From Plasmodiophora brassicae (lineage: Eukaryota), in assembly GCA_036867785.1 (NCBI GenBank), contig CP145415.1, forward strand, positions 496,001-560,000: DNA of 64,000 nucleotides, written 5' to 3'. Positions within the stretch are counted from its first letter, which is position 1; the number at the start of each line of letters is the position of its first letter. The notes beneath the pieces were generated by a model. It saw only the letters and a program-made list of their open reading frames with translations. It was not told where the DNA came from and made no database searches. A program made the position numbers and the translations under genes. Below, piece by piece: positions 56,250-64,000 of the stretch.

Positions 56250-56900
56250 TTAACAAGCGAGGTGGCGCGTATTCGTGAAGCGCGCGGCCGTGAGCAGACG
56301 TCCTTCGAAACGGCGAACCAAGTCGCGACGGACCCGCACACCACATCGTTAAAGCGCCACGACCCGTTCATGCTGCACCCGGATGCCAACCCGACGCACA
56401 CGAACGGCAAGTGCGCGCCCAGCGTCATCTGTGGCACACGAATATTAAGACATCGTCGGACGCGTACCCCTCTGTTCGAGCAATGTCAGCCCGTCATCCC
56501 GTCGTAGACACGACCTTAGTTGGCCTACTGGATTCCGCCTGTTCCACAACGATGACACCCCCTGCGCCGGCAACTCAGCTGCTATCGACGAGGCTCTGGA
56601 CCGGAAGTCGAACTAGCAGCCCTGTCGCGTACGAGCACTTCCGATCGAGGCGGTTTGACGCTCATTCGGCAAGGATTCCCAGGCGACGAGTATCGATTCG
56701 CTGCACGTTCCACGACTTGGCCAAGCGCTCGTTTCCATCGGCCAGATCACCCGATCTGGACACAAGATCGTGTTCGACGGCGCCACCGCGACGATCTACT
56801 CGAAGGACAGCTGGAGGGCACCTACCGGACAGCCAGTGGCGATCATCAACCGTGGAGAAGACAACCTGTACCGGATCGCACTATCAGCTCCATCCACCAA
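55859..56900 (+). mobile_element. Degenerate Ty1/copia LTR-retrotransposon relic (gag to protease), with an inverted duplication of the gag start
   Basis: Gag-like PQFPKFDGTQDSFATW (~56190-56235); knuckle-like LHPDANPTHTNGKC (~56370-56415); protease LLDSACSTTMTP (56525); after a frameshift LHVPRLGQALVSIGQITRSGHKIVFDG...RGEDNLYRI (56701-56880), matching copia L(Y/H)VP.L..NL.S..Q...G..V.F...NLY. Confidence 0.75.
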
Positions 56901-57347
56901 CAACACGCAATCGACTGTACGAGCCTGTTCCCTGATCGTATCCGACATGGCCTATCGCGCCGCAAAGGTCACGGCTCCGTCGTGGGGGTCGCTGGATTTG
57001 TTGTCGTCGTCGTCGTGTGAGGGTGACGTGGACGACGGTAACGGCCCAGTGGAGCTACGTGCTCGCGCGCAATCATTTTGGATGGCGAGCGGCTACTTCA
57101 TTCGGGAGAATGCGACGGGGATGTTCGTGTCGGCGGCGGGGGCCGCCGGAGCGCTGAGGGCCGCGGACCGGCAACCCGCCGAGGCGTTCCAGGCCAGTGG
57201 GAACCCTGTCGTCGCGTTTCGTGTTGTACGTTGGCTCTGACAGTTCGGCTGTAGATTGAGTTTCGCGCTGCCGTCGTTGTTACTGTACGCGCTGTTGCAG
57301 CAGATCCACGATACTGGCGCGTTCGCGACGACCATCATCCAGTAACA

Positions 57348-58217
57348 ATGTCATCTGCTGCGACATCCAGTTTTACTGTGCACATCCTGTCAACTAGCAA
57401 TCATGACGGTACAAAGCCTCGTACGAGCTGCGCAATGATCTCTGAGTGGTGCAAAGGGTTCCGGCTGTATGATCATCACGGACGACCGATTCTCGTCTCT
57501 AGTCAAGGCGAGTTAGCGCCTGGGTCTCCCCACTTGGCACCTGCGACATTCTCGCTCGTCTCAGCAACTGCCGTCCCGTCCCTGTGCAACTTTCCGACTT
57601 TGTCTCCAGTCGCAGCATTGGCCGCCGTCGCAGACGAAGCCTTCCGAGCAAGAATCTCCAATCCATATTCAGGCACTGCTACGCGTGAAGCACATTCGAT
57701 TCGCCCGATCCTGCTTCGTCAAACGATCCTCATGTCTGGCTGGCAGTTGCGCTTCTCGATTGCCAAGCTGGCATCACTTCTGAAGACCAGCGTCATCCCT
57801 GATGGCTGTTCCGAGTTTCATGGTGCTAGACAGGCCATCGTTCGCCGTCTCGTCACGTCCCTGCTGGCAACAGACAGCAACGATTGCGACGGCGGAGGAT
57901 CCTACTGCATGCCGGTATCGATGAACCCCATCCCCCATCATGACGACCCATTTCCAGCTGATGTACCCTTGGAACATCGGAACACCTATGGGTGGAGTGC
58001 AAAGACGATACGCTTGGTACGTTTGAGATTGCTGCTGGAAGCCACACGCCTGCTAGTGGTAATAGTCTGCGATTGCAGGCAACTGAGCTTAGCACGCGGG
58101 ACGCCACGAAAGACTTTGTCCCAATCGACGACCGTCTTGCCGCCCTATTTCGAAATTAAATCAGGGATGGTTCTCGGCCATGCGGATTGGGACATCCGTT
58201 CTACACAATGCAATTGA
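57348..58217 (+). CDS. Hypothetical ORF (289 aa), possibly the remnant of a disrupted gene
   Basis: Uninterrupted ATG-initiated ORF with no recognisable family. It lies immediately downstream of the copia relic. Confidence 0.3.
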   Translation: MSSAATSSFTVHILSTSNHDGTKPRTSCAMISEWCKGFRLYDHHGRPILVSSQGELAPGSPHLAPATFSLVSATAVPSLCNFPTLSPVAALAAVADEAFRARISNPYSGTATREAHSIRPILLRQTILMSGWQLRFSIAKLASLLKTSVIPDGCSEFHGARQAIVRRLVTSLLATDSNDCDGGGSYCMPVSMNPIPHHDDPFPADVPLEHRNTYGWSAKTIRLVRLRLLLEATRLLVVIVCDCRQLSLARGTPRKTLSQSTTVLPPYFEIKSGMVLGHADWDIRSTQCN

Positions 58218-58485
58218 CGCCAGTTCGGGTTCGGGGCCTTGTCAGGACCAACGTCACAGTTTCATGGTATTTGTAGAAGGAATGTCGGAATCGTGACTGA
58301 CATATCCAGAGACCTTTCCCTCGTTTTCACGGCCCGCCTACCAAGAATGCTATCGCACCAGGGGCCCCTGCACATCCGAGTCTGTGTGCATGGAAGGTTG
58401 CTCCATGCCCGGCACAGACTTTGTGGTTTACGGTGCTTGACGACTCCAGGAGCACTCGCATCTCGGCGCGCCTCTGCCAGAGGAG

Positions 58486-61400
58486 ATGGCGGCGGAGCCA
58501 TCTCCCGGCAACCTGACGCGGCAGCAGCGCATCGCCATGTTCGGCATTGATTGCGGGAGCTCCCTCGTCTGGCGAGGCTGGTAATCGTTCGACGGCGGGG
58601 TTGCGACGTGGCTCACAACTCACAACGCCACTGCCTGTCAGGACAATCGGCGGCCAGTTCAACAAGGTCGTCACGTTTCGCAATGTGTCGTCGGGTGTTA
58701 AAACCTTATCCTACAAGCTGCCATCCACGAAAACATTCTATATGGAATACCCGCAACCCGTCAAGTTGCACCCGGGTATGTCCTTCTCGACGACGGTCTC
58801 CTTCCGTCCCACCGCCTTCGAAGCGTATTTCGACGTCATCGAGGTCGTTGCCCTCGCTGGATGACGGCCCACTATCTGATTCACGGATCCTTGCAGGTCA
58901 CAACGAACGGTGATACGTTCCTGTTGCCGATTCGCGCTTGCATCCCGGGCATGTCGATGACGCTGCCTCCGGCCATCGACTTCTCGTTCCAGGCCGTTGG
59001 GTCGTCTGTGGTGCGCGCATTCTCGATCACGAATTCGGGCGACCTCGATTTCCATCTGGCATGGGACATCCAGGAGCCATTCCGGATCGAACCGGCCACG
59101 ATGCTGTTGGAGTCGGGCAAGACTGTTGAGGCACAGTGCCATTTCAACGCCACAGTCGCCTCCGTCTTCTCTGTTAGGGCAACCTGCACGGTAACGTCAC
59201 GACGCGGTTAATGTAAACACGTCAGGTCTGACGTTAACGTCGTACTGTCCAGATTAAGCATGGCGACCTGCAGCGCGTGCATCATGTAGGCTTTTCTGCC
59301 ATTTCAAAGTTCGTACGCATGCGACAACAGCGGCGTCGTCGGCCCCTGATCGATTGTCGCTTTCAGGTATCCACACGTGATCGCCGACGTGACTGATATC
59401 GATTTCGGACGAACCGCGATCGGCAAAGTTGTGCGACGCGAAGTCAGTTTGAGGAATGTGTCACCTGTCCCCGCCCAGGTCACCATTCGTCCGGTCCAGA
59501 ACGACCATGCGCCTGTTTTCGTCCTGAAGCTTCCCACGAAAACCGTATCGTGCCGATTGTTCCAGATGTGCTTCATCTGAATCGCATTTGTCAGATTCCG
59601 GGTGAAGGCCATCTTGTCGTCCCGGTCGTGTACACGCCGCACACGCCAGATGCTGCGGTCGTCGATCATTTCGAGATCGCTTGCACTGGTGGCAATACGA
59701 CCGTCCTGACATGTCGGGCGAGCTCACTGATGGCCGATTACACCATCGACGTGTCGTCAGTGGATTTCGGCGATGTTCGTCGGACGGAACAATGCGAACG
59801 ATGTGACAGCATCACGACTAACGTGTTTGCCTCAGGTCGAGCTGGGCGGGTCTGCCCATCGAAACATTGTCCTGTCGAACATGTCGAAGAAGGTGATGGC
59901 GTTCTTCCGGTTCGAAGGCGGACACGGAGCGTTCCGGTTCAGCCCAGCGTTCGGCGAGATCCGCCCTGGGTTGACCGCCTGCGTTAAGGTCCTGGACCAT
60001 GCGTACCGTTTGGAATGTCTTTCTGTCTAATACCACATGAACAGGTCTCGTTCCATCCAGGCGATGCTATTAACTTTTATGAACGCGCGTACGTTGTCGT
60101 CGAGCATGGCGCCCCGCAACAGATCGATCTGCTGGGCACCTGCTTCAGCGAGCACTGCCGTCCTGCACCCTTCACCCAGGATCAGGTAGAAGCGACGCAG
60201 AGTCTCCCGCTGTTGGTTCGTCCTCGGGTGACGCCTACCTCGATTAGGTCGATGCGTACCTGCGACGATGTGCTGTTGGCCTCGGCGGCGTCGCTCCTGA
60301 GACTGTCGAGCGTCATCAAGCCGAAGCCGAGTATGCAATGCATCGTCGCACAGTTAACATGTACTGAACATGGACACAGCGCAGCGTGTCGGTTAACGAT
60401 CACGAACTCGTCGCCCGCGTCTGCCCGTTTCGACGCTCTAATAACGAGCAGAGATCGCGCTCCAGTGACAATTGTCGAAGCCGTCGAAGGTGTCGATTTC
60501 GGAAGCTGCCCGACGATGGCAGGGACCCAGACGCGCGTCGTCCACGTCCGAAACAATTCTGACAGCAAGGTCAAGCTATCGCGTGGCACCCACCGCTCGC
60601 GTTAAACCCCTTCTGTCAGATCTGCGTCGTCTGGGAGCAGCCGTCTCGCAACGGCACGTTCATCGTCGCGCCACGCCAGCGCGACATCCGCTCGCTAGCC
60701 ATGGCTCAGTTCCAGGTCCTGTTCCGCCCACAGCACGACAACTATTACTACAGCGCCCAGCTGACCTGCGACGCCTACTTCAAGGTCAACCGTTCGTTCC
60801 GGCTCGTCTCGCCGGCGTCGTTCACGCCGCCATGGCACCTGACTGTCCCTGTTCTCGGCAACACGTTCCGACCCGCCGCCGTCCAGTTCCTGCCCAGCGG
60901 TGGGTTCAGACAGCACCGTGTCGAGTTCCCACCGACACGCCCGAACTCGCCCGTCTACCTCGCCGTCCGCCTGTCCAACACCAGCAACGCCCCGATGCAT
61001 TTCCGCTTCACCGAACGTCGATCACCGAACGGTAACGGTTGGCGGTGCCAATGCCACTGCTCCTTCTTGACTGTTGCCCCCAGGATCGTTCATCGTGCAC
61101 CCGGTGCTGGGGGCGGTGGACGCGGACTCGTTCGTCGTGGTGACGTTCGGGTTCATGGCAGGCGGTGCGGGCGCGTCAACGCACTCGTTCGTCTGCATCG
61201 TCAACAACGCGCACGACTGGCGTGTCGATGTCGCTGCCTGCGCGCATCGCGCCCTCGTCGTTGCCGACAACGATGGCAGGCTGTACTTCCCGCCAACCTG
61301 CATCGGCAACGTCGCCCAGCGCCCCTTGACACTGTTCAACCGCTCGCGAGTGCCCACCAAGTTCCGTGTTGAGGTTCGTGGCAGACCAGACGCGCTAGGC

Positions 61401-63982
61401 ACCCGCTGATGGCGTGCGCACAGGTGCCCGACGAGATCAAGGACGTCCTGCACGTGTCGCCATCCGAAGGCGAGATCGGTGGTAACGACCGGCAGGAGTG
61501 CGTCTGGAAGTTCACGCCCAACGCGGAGGGGCCTGTGAAGGCGCGCCTGTCTGTCGAGCTGCTCGACGACGACAACGTCATCGTGCAACACGTCCCCATC
61601 CGTGTTCGTGGCATGTCGCCTGTGATCGCCGCCGAGATCGAAGAAGCCGACGGGACCAATGTGCCCGGCGTGGTCGGCGATGCCAGCAACAGGCGCATCC
61701 GAGTCATCAACAGTAGCGACGTCGACGTTACGTTTACGCTGGCGTCACAGGCTAGTTCGAGGAGGTCGCCGACTACGATGTGACTGATGTTTGGATCGGA
61801 TGCACAGTTCGTTGGCGCTCAAGTCGACGGGGAGGTCACTGTCGAACCGGCAACGGTGGCCATTGCAGGCCGGGCTTCGCTGGTTGTCGACGTCTGGGTG
61901 ACGCTCTGGGCGCGATCCGCCTATCGGGTTCGCGTCACGTGCAGCGGGGGCAGCGGCGGCACGCCAGCGTCGGTGCAGAAGGTCCACCCCCCGGTGTCGA
62001 GGCATCCGGAAACGCGACGGCCGACTCTGTGTGCTCGCAGGAGCTGTGCCATTGCGTGCTGGACGGCGACGTCGTCCTGCCTGTGGCGCGAATCGTCGAC
62101 GTTCGCTGTGACGATTTCCCGCTAACGACGTCGTGGCGCCTGGCCAACCCGGACCCCATCAACGCGCTGCTCGACAGCGAACTCTCGCCCATGGAACTGA
62201 AGCTCGTATTGCAACCTGGAAGCGCCTGATTGCAAGTGGCGCATCTGACGTTGGTGGCAGAGGCGTGATGGGCCGTCGGCGAGGACGCCATCGATCGAGG
62301 ACCTGCACAACGCGTTGCCGTCCTTCGACATGCGGCTCATGCCTGGCCTGCTCGGGCAACCTCCCAGCGAGCTTCGAATCCGGGTCGGCAATGCCGGCCG
62401 GGTGCCATTCGACTGGGACCTACGCGGGCCGGCCACGCTGGATCTCGACCACGAGCTCTGGGTCGACCCGGAACAGTTGTCGGAGCAGGAACGTCAGTAC
62501 CAGGAGGTGGTCAAGGCACGCGTTCTGACGTTCTCGCCGACACACGGCCACCTGGGCGTCGGCGAACACGTCGACATTGTCGTCGGCAGCAGCCATGTGT
62601 CGATCGGGACGCCGGCGCTGGCATTGGTGTTCGATGTCGACCGCGGCAAGAAGGTCGTCTGGCATGTGTCGTCCGAGACGGTCTTCCACAGCATACGCCG
62701 GCTGACGTTCCTATCGTCGTCATTCGACCTGCACCCGATGCCAATCGGGCTGCAGGCCGACGATGTCCCTGTCCAGACGTACCGTTTGTTCAACAACTGC
62801 CCGTCCACGATCGCCTTCCGCATCGACAACGGCGCCTGGAACGCGCTGAACAAGGCGTCCTGCGAGTATCCGGTGCTGGAATGCCTGGACCTCGACGGCA
62901 CCATCGACCCGCATTCGTACTTTGACGTTCGAATACGATTCCGGCCATTGCAGGCGATTGAATACCGGTAGGTCGAGGAGAGCGGGCTGTGCATGGAGGG
63001 ACACATGTTGAGCGCGCCCACAGCGCGGTACTATCAATCGACGTTGTGGACGGCGACACTGCTGCCGACCGGATCGAGTTCCGAGGCGTCGGCCATCATC
63101 CCAAGGCGACGATCCCCGTTCCGGTGACCAGCCGACCCGTGGAACCGGTGCCGTTGCCGAGGCAGGTCGCGGTCCTGTCGCCCTACGTACTGGACTTCAG
63201 CTCTGTCCACCCCCATTCGGTAACGCCGTTATTCGCCCGATGTGCTCATGCACGGGCCTGACACAGCTGCGCCTCAGGTGACGCATAAGGTTGCCCTGCT
63301 CGAGAACAGGAGCGCTGTGGACATCGCATTCGAGGTCGCCGAATTCGGCCGATCGGCGTCAATGTCCCACGTGGTGGTGGAACCATGCGTTGGTCATATC
63401 CCAGCTGGGCATCGTTGCCTGCTGCACGTCATGCTTCGTGCCGGGTCGGCACCTGAATTCCTGTCGGGCGCGTTTCGGTGCACGGTCACGGCGGTCGGCG
63501 AAGGCGACGTTGATGCACAAGATCCGTCGCCGACTCGTCCACGGGTGCCTGTTGCACGACAGAACACGGCCCGGTCCAGGTTGTCGTGTGCGACCAGGAC
63601 GCTGGACGCGCCGGTCGTCCAACTGACAGCCCAGATGCGGTCACGACGACATGTCCTGTGGATGGAGACGACAGGTCGAGTGGAATCGACAGGTGCGCCA
63701 GGAGCGTTTCTGGCGCCCTGCATCGACTACGACAGCAAGTTGGAAGACGCGGCGCCCGGTCAGGATCTGGTCGAGGAGATCAGAAAAGCGCTGGCGCGAA
63801 TTGTCGAATGCGTCATCGACAAAGACGTGTTCACGGAGGCGCACCAAGGCAAACCCGTCGAGATCCCCTACTTCGTCCACCTGCCCAAGAACGCGGAGGA
63901 CGGCGAACGACGGGCAGATCGGCTTGAAGACGTTCTTGGCCAGGTCACAGGCAACAAGCTCGAACGGCACGCTGTGGCGTAA
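58486..63982 (+). CDS. CFAP65: Cilia- and flagella-associated protein 65 (ASH/MSP-like Ig repeats); many exons
   Basis: MFGIDCGSSLVWRGWTIGGQFNKVVTFRNVS...YKLPSTKTFYMEYPQPVKLHPGMSFSTTVSFRP, then repeated DFG..(V/L)xN ASH units, INFYERAYVVV, FRLVSPASFTPPW and LYFPPTCIG. Confidence 0.9.
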
Positions 63983-64000
63983 GGCGGACCGGTGCGCTCA

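Noticed and set aside
55700-58300. Intact LTR retrotransposon
   Set aside because: No paired LTRs, integrase, RT or RNase H motifs were found; only gag and protease fragments remain.

Overview
Eukaryotic, gene-dense, GC-rich window. Genes are split by many short (~35-65 nt) GT-AG introns with CTGAC/CTAAC branch points, so the ORF track fragments most of them. Gene content and style (secreted ankyrin and kinase proteins, chitin deacetylase, flagellar CFAP65, compact introns) suggest a zoospore-forming parasitic protist such as a phytomyxid (Plasmodiophora-like); this is inference only. About 32 protein-coding genes were reconstructed by eye. Housekeeping genes include RPS16, AsnRS, YEATS, TYW3, DONSON, RER1, RECQL4, mago nashi, RFT1, RPC34 and CFAP65. 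Accessory and effector-like content includes an intronless Crinkler/RHS-type NTPase+REase gene with an NLS beside a minisatellite, three tandem signal-peptide AGC kinases with DVG in place of DFG, a secreted non-RD kinase, a secreted ankyrin protein with an RxLR-like motif, a chitin deacetylase, and tandem glutathionyl-hydroquinone reductases with CPES in place of CPWA. Non-coding signals are a candidate intronic box C/D snoRNA in RPS16, a decayed copia retroelement carrying a ~100-bp inverted duplication of its gag region, and a 25-bp hairpin next to a zinc-knuckle relic. Exon boundaries and start codons are manual and approximate; no database searches were run.
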